Source: a virus (taxonomy: Duplodnaviria; Caudoviricetes). Taken from it: DNA of 58,750 bases. The notes beneath the pieces were generated by a model, which saw only the letters and a list, made by a program, of their open reading frames with translations, ran no database searches and had not been told where the DNA came from. Shown here piece after piece: positions 28,776 through 38,739 of this stretch. Where the stretch lies: positions 1 to 58,750 of IMG/VR virus record IMGVR_UViG_3300000928_002271. One strand, given 5' to 3'. The position numbers and the translations under genes were made by a program. Each line of letters opens with the position of its first letter. Position 1 is the stretch's first letter.

Positions 28776-29855
28776 TTATTCTGGTTCTTGCTCGTAAGTA
28801 GAAGTTATATCTACGGAATCGGTTTCTTCAATAATATCAAAGTTACCTCCACCTAAAATAGCCTTCCATTCTTCTGCGTGAGCGTCTTTATATCCTTTCA
28901 AATCCTTATCAGTATCTTCAATAAAACCATGAGGAGTCATAATAATTTTTCCTCGAGTAGTAATACCGTTGATGTGATTTTTATCAATCTGAAGGTTGGT
29001 GCGTTTAGCAAATTCTACTTGTTTACCATCTTTAATCGCTTTGATTTTAGAGGTCCCAGCGTTAGCAATATTACCAAACGTAATTACAAATGTTGCGTCA
29101 AACCACATTGCGAAACCACCTTTATTCATCAACTTAGGTTGACCCATAGGCATTTCAGGCTTAGCAGTCCAAACCTTATTAACACAAACCAATGTATTGG
29201 TGTATTTAGAAGATTCTTTACGAGACAATGTAATCAACTGATTTACACTGTTACCAAATTGGGTTGACATTGCTCCAGCATTCCACTCGTTATTGTTCTT
29301 GTTAGATTTAACAGACATTTCACAAGGTACAGAACCGATTGAGTCCCAGAAGAAACATAAATCGTAAGGCAAATTACCTTTTTTCTGCTCATCGAGCAAA
29401 TCAAGGATAAATGCTGCTACGTCTTCAATTGTGTGGATAGTTTCACGGTCAGCATAGATAAAGAAACCTTTATAATCAATCAATTCACCAGTTTCTTCGT
29501 CCCAAACTTCCTCAATTTGAAGACCCATTTGAGTAGCGTGCTCCCAATTCCATTTCATCTCAGTTACGATGAATACAGGTAGAACACCTGCCTTTTGACA
29601 AGCAACAGCTGCTTCAATAAGTGCTGTTGTTTTACCTGTATCCGAGTGACCTCTCAGCAAACAAATGTGACCGGCTGGAATGCCAGGCACAGATGTTACT
29701 GATTGGAAAGCAGGTGAAAGCGGGATCCATTGTTGGGGTTTAAATTTAACAGAGCCGGTTAGACCCTTTTTATTTTTAAAATTCCCTAGATCGAAATTAC
29801 TTTTAATTTCAGCTGATACAGCTGCGGTTAAAGATTTACTTGCTTTTCTTGCCAT
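28776..29855 (-). CDS. RecA/UvsX-like recombinase
   Basis: GIPAG...GHSDTGKTT (Walker A), FWDSIG, KGG. Confidence 0.88.
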   Translation of the reverse strand: MARKASKSLTAAVSAEIKSNFDLGNFKNKKGLTGSVKFKPQQWIPLSPAFQSVTSVPGIPAGHICLLRGHSDTGKTTALIEAAVACQKAGVLPVFIVTEMKWNWEHATQMGLQIEEVWDEETGELIDYKGFFIYADRETIHTIEDVAAFILDLLDEQKKGNLPYDLCFFWDSIGSVPCEMSVKSNKNNNEWNAGAMSTQFGNSVNQLITLSRKESSKYTNTLVCVNKVWTAKPEMPMGQPKLMNKGGFAMWFDATFVITFGNIANAGTSKIKAIKDGKQVEFAKRTNLQIDKNHINGITTRGKIIMTPHGFIEDTDKDLKGYKDAHAEEWKAILGGGNFDIIEETDSVDITSTYEQEPE

Positions 29856-29857
29856 AA

Positions 29858-30685
29858 TTAGAAGGGCAAGTCATCATCTTCACCATCAAACAAGCTATCA
29901 AACTTATCAAGTTTAGTTGCTTTTACGTTTTGAGTAGAAGTATTAAGTGAATAGTTAGTTTTTGGAGCTTCCTCAACTTCTTTTTCATCATCAATAATGT
30001 CACCTTCTTGAGCAGCATCTTCAGGAGTCAACCAAGATTCAAGAGCTTCTTTCATTTCTTCGTAAGAAACTTTCTTAAATACTTCACTAGGATTAACCTG
30101 ATTTTCCAACCACAACTCAATTTGAGAAGCATCTTCAGAGGCAGGGGTAACTTTCATAGAAGGACCTGCTGTAGTGCGGTTATACTTAGTTCCTGTCATT
30201 TCAGGACCTTCAGTCGTCAATTTAATATCACGACCTTGGTTTACGTCAGTGTAATCACCAACTTCTTCATCCATAGCCAACTGAAGGAATGTAGAATACA
30301 ATTCTTTACCGAACTGCCAGATTTTAACACCTTCATCTTCCATACCACGAACGATAACAGGAGCGAAATAACGAACTTTTGGTTCGAGTTTCTTAGCCAA
30401 TTTCCAGTTCTCAGGATTGTCAGTTTGACGAAGTTTTTTAGCAAATTCAACCAATGGATCTTTTTCACCCCAGTTAATGGGAGAGATCATTACAGGTTTA
30501 CCAATACCATAGTGGAAATACAATTCACTAAATGGAGTGGTTTTGTTAAACTTCGAAGGCATGATTCGAATAGATTCCTTACCAATGGTAGGTTTCCAGA
30601 ACAATGATTTACCATTGTTTGAGTTGTTGTTAGAGGCAGGTTTTTGCAGGGCCTCTAGTCGCTGCTTGATTACGTCTAAATCCAT
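29858..30685 (-). CDS. Single-stranded DNA-binding protein (gp32-like)
   Basis: FWKP..G...IRIMP, YFHY, GRDIKL; acidic tail ending DDDLPF. Confidence 0.85.
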   Translation of the reverse strand: MDLDVIKQRLEALQKPASNNNSNNGKSLFWKPTIGKESIRIMPSKFNKTTPFSELYFHYGIGKPVMISPINWGEKDPLVEFAKKLRQTDNPENWKLAKKLEPKVRYFAPVIVRGMEDEGVKIWQFGKELYSTFLQLAMDEEVGDYTDVNQGRDIKLTTEGPEMTGTKYNRTTAGPSMKVTPASEDASQIELWLENQVNPSEVFKKVSYEEMKEALESWLTPEDAAQEGDIIDDEKEVEEAPKTNYSLNTSTQNVKATKLDKFDSLFDGEDDDLPF

Positions 30686-30709
30686 AATATAACTAATTTT
30701 TGTTTGAAT

Positions 30710-30741
30710 TGAATATACGAAACGATTTGGGAGATTCCAAG
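30710..30741 (-). promoter_or_regulatory. Host-type promoter for the SSB-UvsX-exonuclease-helicase-nrd operon
   Basis: CTTG-N20-TATATTCA. Confidence 0.7.
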
Positions 30742-30742
30742 T

Positions 30743-32578
30743 TTATTTAAAATACATTTTATCATTTATAACTAAAATGTCTACATCTGATTGTTCAAAT
30801 AATTCCATAGCATCATAAGGTGTTTCAACAATTGGTTGACCTTTAATGTTTAATGATGTGTTCATAATAATAGGAACTCCTGTTTTACTATAAAAACGAG
30901 ACATTAAGTCATACAATCGAGGATTATCTTCTTGCTTAAGGGTTTGAACTCGAGATGAGTTATCAATGTGAGCTACCGAAGGGATTTCTTGGGGACGCTT
31001 ACAAGGTACTGTATGCAACATGAATGGAGATTCAAAGTCCATATCAAACCATTCTTCTTTATGCTCATTTAAAACAATAGGAGCAAATGGGCGATACCAC
31101 TCACGGAATTTAACTCTTGAATTAAGAATATCTTTCATTTTAGGATTACGAGCATCAGTTAAGAATGAACGATTTCCTAGAGCACGTGGACCAAATTCAC
31201 CACCACCTTGATACCAGCATACAATTTGAGATTTAGAAAGAGCACTTGCTACTTTATCTAAATCTAGATCGTGTGCTTGAAGTTTAGTTTGGGGTTGGTA
31301 ATTATAAGTAAAGCCTAAATATGCTAAATCTGAATTTGAATATTCTACACGAGGTTTTTCAAAAACATGGTGGTAAATATATAATGCAGAACCTGCTGAG
31401 ACACCATCATCACCACAAGCTGGGAACATATGCATACGTTCAAATCCAGTTTCAGTAAGGATTTTATAATTAGCATTACAATTTAAGAAAATACCACCTG
31501 CGGCACATAGATTATGACCATTGAATGGTTCGGATTCCTCAAATAATTGTTGTGAATACTCAACCAATGAACGTTCTGTAATATACTGAACATCAGCAGC
31601 ATGATTCATAACTTCTTGAGAATCAGATTCAGATTTATCATATACCTTTTGCCACTCTTTAGTATAATGATCTGAACCAGGTTCATTAGCTAAAATCTCA
31701 GGACGTTTACCCCCAATGTAAGGATATTTACCTGTGATTTGACTAAATAACCATTCTACATAAAAATGGTCTTCTTCAGGCATATTACGTTCCCAAATAG
31801 GACAAGTCCATTTTTTCCAATTATCTTGAGCTTTTTTACTAACTCTACCATATGAAGCTAGACCCATTAAAGTTCCTGCTTTTAAAGTTCCAGGACCCAA
31901 TCCAAGCCATTCTGTAGCAGTATCATAAAAATTCCCCATCATATATCCTGGGAATCTAAAGATTTGGAGTTTATTACCTTTACCTATAAAGTAAGTACTA
32001 CAATTAGCATGATCGTGCATAGACGCATCAGCTGTGAAAATAGCAGATTCTTCGAATGGTGAAGTATAGAAGGTTGAAGCAGCATGGGCTGTATGGTGAT
32101 TTACAAAATAACCCTTAATCAAACGATCATAACCTTCAATCTCAATATTTAATTCTAAATGACTTCTAAAGGTATGATTCCACGTTACAAAAGGATAGGT
32201 CATTCTATCAATTGTATAAGGCATTGTAAAACCTTTACCCTTAATAAGCTCGGGGCGGTCTGTTCCTTCAATATGATTTAGAATACGAGACGATTGATTA
32301 TAAGTCCCAAATGTATTAAATGGATAAAATAAATCCTCAGGAGAATATAGAGTAAGGAAGGGGGAAGTTCCTTTATTCCAATAACCCATTGTAATGTAAT
32401 CAATATCATCAAGAGTAATTCCTAGACATTCTAAGGTATTAATAAAAAATTCCTTAGTAAGATAAAAATCTTTCTTAACTTTTGAGTGTCGTTCTACTGA
32501 ACTAGCATAAATCAATTTTCCGTCTTTGATTACGGACAGCGAAGCATCATGCCCCGAGTGAATTCCAACTATAACCAT
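30743..32578 (-). CDS. Carbamoyltransferase (NodU/CmcH/TobZ family)
   Basis: GHDAS, VERHSK.K, HHTAHAAS, MGLASYG, AGGIFLNC.AN, GDDG, EFGPRALGNRS, KFREWYRPFAP, NTSLN. Confidence 0.93.
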   Translation of the reverse strand: MVIVGIHSGHDASLSVIKDGKLIYASSVERHSKVKKDFYLTKEFFINTLECLGITLDDIDYITMGYWNKGTSPFLTLYSPEDLFYPFNTFGTYNQSSRILNHIEGTDRPELIKGKGFTMPYTIDRMTYPFVTWNHTFRSHLELNIEIEGYDRLIKGYFVNHHTAHAASTFYTSPFEESAIFTADASMHDHANCSTYFIGKGNKLQIFRFPGYMMGNFYDTATEWLGLGPGTLKAGTLMGLASYGRVSKKAQDNWKKWTCPIWERNMPEEDHFYVEWLFSQITGKYPYIGGKRPEILANEPGSDHYTKEWQKVYDKSESDSQEVMNHAADVQYITERSLVEYSQQLFEESEPFNGHNLCAAGGIFLNCNANYKILTETGFERMHMFPACGDDGVSAGSALYIYHHVFEKPRVEYSNSDLAYLGFTYNYQPQTKLQAHDLDLDKVASALSKSQIVCWYQGGGEFGPRALGNRSFLTDARNPKMKDILNSRVKFREWYRPFAPIVLNEHKEEWFDMDFESPFMLHTVPCKRPQEIPSVAHIDNSSRVQTLKQEDNPRLYDLMSRFYSKTGVPIIMNTSLNIKGQPIVETPYDAMELFEQSDVDILVINDKMYFK

Positions 32579-32591
32579 TTACTAAAAACTT

Positions 32592-33110
32592 TTAAAGTTC
32601 GATAATTGTGTGAATCTTGGTCTTTAATTCTTTAAGCTCATTTTGTTGAGTAAGCAAAATTGTGTTTTTATAATGTTGCCAATCAATTCGATAACGAGGA
32701 TCGACTACACCACCATTTAAGCTTTTAATCAACTCATTAAGTGCGTTAATCGTATAAAGAGTGTTGGTGTCCTTTTTACGATGGACTAAAATTGTGTTTT
32801 CTGGGATAGATGATACGTTACCCTGTTCTACATTGTAGGTAACAACGTATTCATCGTTGTTTTTAATTTGAAGGACAAACATTTTGTTATACATAATTGT
32901 ATAACGAGAAGTTAAGGTTGCCACTAAGTTATCGAGTTCGTCCAAAGTTGTGAACGTACAAAAAAGCTTATTATTCAAATCTAGGGATTGTTTTGAATGT
33001 TCAAAATCGTATCCTTCATACATATGGTTAAATGTGTCCAAAATACCATCAGATAATCCCATATGAGATGTGGTTGTTTTACCACTGTTAAAAATCGTAG
33101 TTGATTCCAT
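32592..33110 (-). CDS. Hypothetical protein
   Basis: NKLFCTF...VHRKKDTNTLYTINALN; 172 aa in operon context. Confidence 0.75.
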   Translation of the reverse strand: MESTTIFNSGKTTTSHMGLSDGILDTFNHMYEGYDFEHSKQSLDLNNKLFCTFTTLDELDNLVATLTSRYTIMYNKMFVLQIKNNDEYVVTYNVEQGNVSSIPENTILVHRKKDTNTLYTINALNELIKSLNGGVVDPRYRIDWQHYKNTILLTQQNELKELKTKIHTIIEL

Positions 33111-34344
33111 GTTTTTGTTTAATTTGTAACTTTAATTTATAAAAAACCTCTTTTATTTGCTCCATAACCTCTATTTCACTCTCGTCAAAATCAAACAAAA
33201 ACGAATCGTAAGTATACAAAACTAACTTAGTTTTCTTTCCTTTCAATAACTTAAATATACGATAAAGAATTTCGATATTCAAGCTCGTTTCCATGTTTTG
33301 TAAAACATAGTTAAACAGCTTTTGTGGATTCATATTCTCCAATTTATCCTTATAAAAGATATGGTTAGAGATAGGGCACATTAGTTCACCGGTGCTGTTG
33401 AAAGTTTCCCAGTTATCCTCAATATATACACTTGTTTGTTTAAAAAATGGAAGCTCTTTATAATTTTCGAATACTCCTCCGTATAGTTGTTTAAACGTTA
33501 ATTCCTTTGCGGTTTGGTAGTCCACACCATACATGCGTGAAAAATTTTCATGTATATCACCGTTATCAAAATCGAAATCAACAAGCCGAGCAGCAAGAGT
33601 AGGGTGATAGGCGCTAATATCATACTCCAAAAAAGAGTCGTTATGTGGGATAAAGCTTTTCCTACATCCATTTTCTTTGTTGAGTGCGGCGTAATTAACC
33701 CCGTTAAACTTGTTTGATGGTCTGGTTGTAAGTGTTTTGAAATTGTATTGGGTGTAAACAACTTCGTTTTCAATTTCGTAAAAGTGTGTCTCAAATTCAT
33801 TTTTGTCAATTTTTATACCATTTCGTTCGATGGCGTTAAACACCAATGTAGCTTTGTCATTATAGAACGGGTTTACCACGGAATTAACGCGGTGCTCTAA
33901 ATCATCATATACCTGCTCGCAAACCTCATAATGCTTGGTAATTGGCACGAGTTGGTTAACAGTAGTTAATCCCGGAAAACGTTGATACAAAATAGTATGT
34001 GCGGTTGTTTGGGGAGGTATATACGGAGGAAGATGTAATGTTATATCTACAAGCTGTTTTAAAATCGTGTAGTGTAGGAACTCTTTCTTATCTCTAACAT
34101 AAATTTTATCTAACCCTTTTAACCATAAGTAAACCTCATCTTCATATAGTTTACCACATTCGCTATGAGTAAAAGGTAGAATATAGCCCTTGCTGCCAAT
34201 TATTGGACGCACGTAGAAGGCACAAATAGAATTTTGGGTTGGATGTTGAAAGGGATTATTTGGGATAATCTCTACAAATACTTCTTTAAAACCACTATTT
34301 TTTAAAACCTCGAATTGTTTACTATTTTCTATTAACCAAAACAT
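33088..34344 (-). CDS. Divergent, short family-A DNA polymerase-like protein
   Basis: TLTTRPSN (TGRLSS-like), EYDISAYHP (motif A), AKELTFKQLYG (motif B), NYVLQ, LYTYDSFLFD (motif C). Confidence 0.8.
   Translation of the reverse strand: MFWLIENSKQFEVLKNSGFKEVFVEIIPNNPFQHPTQNSICAFYVRPIIGSKGYILPFTHSECGKLYEDEVYLWLKGLDKIYVRDKKEFLHYTILKQLVDITLHLPPYIPPQTTAHTILYQRFPGLTTVNQLVPITKHYEVCEQVYDDLEHRVNSVVNPFYNDKATLVFNAIERNGIKIDKNEFETHFYEIENEVVYTQYNFKTLTTRPSNKFNGVNYAALNKENGCRKSFIPHNDSFLEYDISAYHPTLAARLVDFDFDNGDIHENFSRMYGVDYQTAKELTFKQLYGGVFENYKELPFFKQTSVYIEDNWETFNSTGELMCPISNHIFYKDKLENMNPQKLFNYVLQNMETSLNIEILYRIFKLLKGKKTKLVLYTYDSFLFDFDESEIEVMEQIKEVFYKLKLQIKQKHGINYDF
33252..33283 (-). promoter_or_regulatory. Host-type promoter inside the polA-like gene, probably for the 33110 gene and carbamoyltransferase
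   Basis: CTTG-N20-TATATTTA with the same CG before the -7 box. Confidence 0.55.
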
Positions 34345-34348
34345 TTAT

Positions 34349-34380
34349 TGAATATACGAAAACCATTTAACTAAATCAAC
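34349..34380 (-). promoter_or_regulatory. Host-type promoter giving a near-leaderless polA-like transcript
   Basis: GTTG-N20-TATATTCA, then 4 nt, then ATG; marks the structural/replication boundary. Confidence 0.7.
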
Positions 34381-34957
34381 CTTGATAGAATTGGAGATAA
34401 TCAAAATTAAGAAACACTCCTAATCCTACTATATTTTGTTTTTTTTCAGTAAATGCTATTTGTTTAGCATTTGCTTTTCTAACAAACTCTTTATCACCAC
34501 TAATAACCCAAGGTAATTGGAAACTAATATATAGGGAGCTATTAGAAGAGGCACTTAAGGTACCACTATTAACTTCTATATACAAGTTTTCATTTGATTT
34601 CCTTAAAAAGTATCTTACAAATTCCCCATTATTAATTTCTGTTTGAGTTGGGGTTGGATAGTAAGAAGTAGGTGAAAAGGGAAGGATATTAGGATTAGCT
34701 CTTGTTAAAATACTATATGCTATATTTTCTTGGTAAAATCTAGGGTCTTCTTGAAATGTTTCCTCTGGGTATGATGTATTAGAGGAAGGGATGTAAATAA
34801 GAAGAATGTTAGGACCATCATTAGGTTCTTTACCTGAATAAAGTTGGCCGCTAGATGTTTTAAAGTATGGGCCTGTATATGACAAGTTAGTGGATGAGTT
34901 AGTTAACTCTCCATTACTAAAAAATCCAGTTTGATATTGATTCTTAGGTAAATACAT
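34376..34957 (-). CDS. Hypothetical protein, probably baseplate-associated
   Basis: Last gene of the tail/baseplate operon. Confidence 0.7.
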   Translation of the reverse strand: MYLPKNQYQTGFFSNGELTNSSTNLSYTGPYFKTSSGQLYSGKEPNDGPNILLIYIPSSNTSYPEETFQEDPRFYQENIAYSILTRANPNILPFSPTSYYPTPTQTEINNGEFVRYFLRKSNENLYIEVNSGTLSASSNSSLYISFQLPWVISGDKEFVRKANAKQIAFTEKKQNIVGLGVFLNFDYLQFYQG

Positions 34958-37900
34958 TATTTAAGTAAATCTAAATTAGCGGTTCCCCACCATTCCCAAT
35001 GCCAACATTCATCTGTACCTGCTCCATCTGCTAAACGTCTAGGGTTAACCCAACCTACTGAAGGAGCGTGTTCGGCCATCCATAAATAGGTAGCGTTGTT
35101 AGCTCTAACTTGAGCATTTACTGCTGGGGAAGTGCTTCCTCCTACTGCTTGGTATAATTCGGAAATATCTATAGCTCCACCCCATCCGTGTGGGCTATTA
35201 CCTTGAGAAGCTCCTCCTGGGAGTTTGGATGTTTGGGCTTGGTATGTGTAGCTTCTATAAGTTGAAGTTATAGTAAGTGTAACTCCATCTTTAGCAGCCA
35301 TTCTAGTTAAATCTTGTAACTTTATTAAAGCTGGTTTAGCTAACCACCAAGATTTATCCCATTTAGTAGAAGGTTCTTGAACATTCCAGTTATTATATTT
35401 TAGATTAGAACTGGTTGATAGTTTAGTTGTTGAACTAACATTACCTCCTGATTGATTAACACCAACTGTTCCATTGCTAATACCCATAAATGATACATCA
35501 TTAAATTGGAGATTACCATTACTTCTACCTAAAGAAGCTAATTTTTTAGCTAATGGGGAGTTTGAGTAGGAAGATGCTCCGTTTCCTCCGGTAGCACTTT
35601 GTGTAGAGGCTGGGGCGCTTTCTATATTGGCGATTTCTAAGAGATTAGATGATGAAGTCTGTTTTAAATTAAATTCATTAGGTAGCTTAGGAACCGCTAT
35701 AGTTTCTAATTTAGTAAACCATTTATTATTTTGAATTTCGTGAGAAACTCCTTTAATAATCCACGTTAAGGTTTGTGGGTAGTAACTAGGGATAAATCTA
35801 GTATCAATAGCTAATCTATCATAAATTCTAATTCCCGATAAACCATCCATAGTAACAGAAATATTAATGGGAAGCATACCAATTTGGTTTGTTCCATATT
35901 TAGTATCTCTATTAGCATTATCTAACTCCATTTTGTATTTAATGAGTTCTTGGAGATAATCTTGTTGGAGTTTTACAAACTCCTCATATCGTTTAGTTTG
36001 GAAATTTTTAAAATAATATACATTATCTCTAACAGTAGCTGTATTAGCATTTTCTACTCCTGCTACTATTTGAGTATTAATTACATTATTAAAAACAGTT
36101 CCTTCAGCATAGCCTAACCATAAAAATTTAAGTTGACCTAAAATTCTATTAATTCGTTCTTCTGTAGTAGGAACATCTTGGGTATTATTCTTTTTTAAAG
36201 AGTCAATTTTTGCTGGGTAGTATCTGTCTACTAAACCATAATTCCATTTAGATAATCCTGTTGAGTCTTCACCTACTACTTGACCTTGGGCTTGAGCTCC
36301 AATAGCAACTGTAGTTGAAAATTCATTAGTTAATTCAGTTTTGATATTAAAATCAGTTACAAAACTACCATCAGTACCTTTTAAACCATATAAATTAATT
36401 ACGTTAGCTGTTGGGGATTCTGGGAGACCGTAAAGTGGGACTTGATCGTAAATTTGTAAAATATTATCATCCTTTAATCTAAGGGTTAACTGATTGACTC
36501 CCCCTAAACAACTGTTAGCGGTTTCACATAATTTATTAACAAAATCAAATAAGGGAAGTTTTTTAGATTTTTGATCTCTTAATTGAGTAATAGTATCTAA
36601 CAAAAATTGGTATTCAAAGTAGATATTCATAATCTTACCTACTTCAACATTTAAACTATCATTAGGGTCTGAGGTTGATTCGTCAGGGAATGAAAGAGTA
36701 CCTATAAATCTTTCGATTTGAGCATTAGTTAAATTAAAAACAGAAGCATACCTAACTTCATTCACCCAATCAGCTTCAATTGAATCGTCTCTACCATCTG
36801 TATTCTCATCAGTAAAATTAGTATCTTGTGAAGCTAAAATTTGTAAAGTAGGAACATCAAAAGGTAAACTAGCTCTAACCATTACTTTAGAAGGATCAGC
36901 TGAGATATTTACTCCTGAGTAGTAGCAATAGTTTTCATCTTTAGTATCTATGTCTACTATAGGTTCGTTATTACACTCTGGATGGTAAATTAAAAGTCTA
37001 TCTTTAATAAAATCTAAAATATCCCCAAAGCGAATATAAAAATATTTATTATTTCCAAATTGGGCAGTAGCACTAATAATTTTATTAACTGAAGTTTCTA
37101 ATCTTGTATAGTTTACTACTGGGGCTGTATCAGATGCTAAGGTTGATTGGACGTTAACAGGATTTGAAGTAACTACTCCTGTAGTAAAAGTATCTTGAGA
37201 ATTAGTTTTAGCAACTAGAGTAGTTTTAAAAACTGTAATTTTGGATTGGGTTATTTCTTGATCACTTAACCCGTCTTTAGTGGATTGAATATATTGAGTT
37301 TTTTTTTCTTCAATTGGTTGGGCAGCAATTGAAAGAAATGTAGTAAGAGCTGAGTTGTTAGTTGGTTGGACATTAGAACCACCTTCTTCGTATGATACAG
37401 GTTGGGCACCATATTGCCCATCAACTCCTAAACTTTCAATAACATCACCCCAACTAATTAAAGATAAAGTAATTTCATAGTAGCCTGCTTTGTTAAATTC
37501 CCAACTAAAGTTTTTAACTCTACCAAAAAAAGCATCATAGTTTCCGTTTGATTTTTCACGGTTTTGTTCTATGTATTTTAAAAATTTAGAAGGACAAGTT
37601 ACGTCATTTAACCCATATTTTTTAGTAAGGAAAGTTGGAATTAAACTAGGAGCAATGTAATCATTTGTGCTAACATAAACTCCATCATTATTAAAATAAA
37701 CACTATTCCCCCATTCTAAAAACATAGTATAACCAATTCTACAATAAAGGTTATCGATGATTTTAAATTGTTCTCTATTATTAGCTCTAATATTTACAGT
37801 AACTTCTCTTAATGAACCCATATTTCGGGATTTAACACTAAATGCTGTAATACCAGGCATAGCGTTAATACCCATTTGTGTTCCTCCTAATCCGTAAGCA

Positions 37901-38439
37901 GCCGGGGTAAAGTCATTAGTATTTTCTGTTATACCATAACGATATTCTCCCGCAGTAGCTTTAGTTAAATCATCAGTTGCTAAATCAATACCGATATCAT
38001 AATTAGCTTTGGAAGTTCCCCCAAATAAGACGTATTTACCTGCTATAGAATTACCTAACCAACCGCTAGGATCCCCAGGTAGTTCAAGGGCTTGAATTCG
38101 TTTTTCCCCATCATCTAACGACTTATATGTAGTTATTGTTGACGTTGTTAAAGGAGATGAACTCGTAGATCCTGGTGGTAAATCAGGTGGAGCAAAGGAA
38201 GTTCCTATAATAGATGAGACAGGGCTATCTACAATAGTTTCCTGGGGGATAAGTGTGTTTTCTATATTAACGGAAGAAGCAAGAGCTATGTAAGCTGTTT
38301 TTCCATTTTCCCAAACAATTTCTTGGTTGCTTTTATTAGTTTGTCCTAGTTTAGACTGACGAATCCCAATTTGATCATTTACATAATCTTTAAATGGGGC
38401 GCCTACTAAATTGGTCTGTCCATAATCGATTTTGGCCAT
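34957..38439 (-). CDS. Baseplate hub-like protein with C-terminal M15 (VanY-like) peptidase
   Basis: GYTMFLEWG, NYDAFFG.V.NFSW, IKGVSHEI..NKWFT (hub-like); C-terminal TSTYRS..Q, SPHGWGGAIDI, ECWHWE. Confidence 0.75.
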   Translation of the reverse strand: MAKIDYGQTNLVGAPFKDYVNDQIGIRQSKLGQTNKSNQEIVWENGKTAYIALASSVNIENTLIPQETIVDSPVSSIIGTSFAPPDLPPGSTSSSPLTTSTITTYKSLDDGEKRIQALELPGDPSGWLGNSIAGKYVLFGGTSKANYDIGIDLATDDLTKATAGEYRYGITENTNDFTPAAYGLGGTQMGINAMPGITAFSVKSRNMGSLREVTVNIRANNREQFKIIDNLYCRIGYTMFLEWGNSVYFNNDGVYVSTNDYIAPSLIPTFLTKKYGLNDVTCPSKFLKYIEQNREKSNGNYDAFFGRVKNFSWEFNKAGYYEITLSLISWGDVIESLGVDGQYGAQPVSYEEGGSNVQPTNNSALTTFLSIAAQPIEEKKTQYIQSTKDGLSDQEITQSKITVFKTTLVAKTNSQDTFTTGVVTSNPVNVQSTLASDTAPVVNYTRLETSVNKIISATAQFGNNKYFYIRFGDILDFIKDRLLIYHPECNNEPIVDIDTKDENYCYYSGVNISADPSKVMVRASLPFDVPTLQILASQDTNFTDENTDGRDDSIEADWVNEVRYASVFNLTNAQIERFIGTLSFPDESTSDPNDSLNVEVGKIMNIYFEYQFLLDTITQLRDQKSKKLPLFDFVNKLCETANSCLGGVNQLTLRLKDDNILQIYDQVPLYGLPESPTANVINLYGLKGTDGSFVTDFNIKTELTNEFSTTVAIGAQAQGQVVGEDSTGLSKWNYGLVDRYYPAKIDSLKKNNTQDVPTTEERINRILGQLKFLWLGYAEGTVFNNVINTQIVAGVENANTATVRDNVYYFKNFQTKRYEEFVKLQQDYLQELIKYKMELDNANRDTKYGTNQIGMLPINISVTMDGLSGIRIYDRLAIDTRFIPSYYPQTLTWIIKGVSHEIQNNKWFTKLETIAVPKLPNEFNLKQTSSSNLLEIANIESAPASTQSATGGNGASSYSNSPLAKKLASLGRSNGNLQFNDVSFMGISNGTVGVNQSGGNVSSTTKLSTSSNLKYNNWNVQEPSTKWDKSWWLAKPALIKLQDLTRMAAKDGVTLTITSTYRSYTYQAQTSKLPGGASQGNSPHGWGGAIDISELYQAVGGSTSPAVNAQVRANNATYLWMAEHAPSVGWVNPRRLADGAGTDECWHWEWWGTANLDLLK

Positions 38440-38445
38440 AACTTA

Positions 38446-38739
38446 TTAAATTTCACTATTTAAAGCATTTTGTATGAAAGATATATTTGCTGGGATTCTA
38501 ATTTGAACTCCAGGAGGAGGATACATAGAACCAATATATTGGGGGTTCGCAGCAGAAATGATCCACCAAAAACTAGGGTTATTAAAATACTGGTTAGCTA
38601 ATAAATCATATCTATCTTCCTTAGTTGTAATAACATACAAATCGTTATTAGACCTCGGAATCTCAGGGTACCTGTTATCTCTATAGTAACGAGTACCTTT
38701 TAGGTCTTTTAATATTAATGCTTTAGTATACCTTCCCAT
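38446..38739 (-). CDS. LysM-like baseplate protein (gp53/gpX-like)
   Basis: DRYDLLANQYFNNPSFWWIISAAN...GVQIRIP. Confidence 0.75.
   Translation of the reverse strand: MGRYTKALILKDLKGTRYYRDNRYPEIPRSNNDLYVITTKEDRYDLLANQYFNNPSFWWIISAANPQYIGSMYPPPGVQIRIPANISFIQNALNSEI

Noticed and set aside
30008-30607. 199-aa plus-strand ORF and other antisense ORFs (e.g. 28878..29267, 3023..3325, 46177..46485)
   Set aside because: Fully antisense to well-supported genes, with no motifs, in an otherwise single-stranded gene layout.
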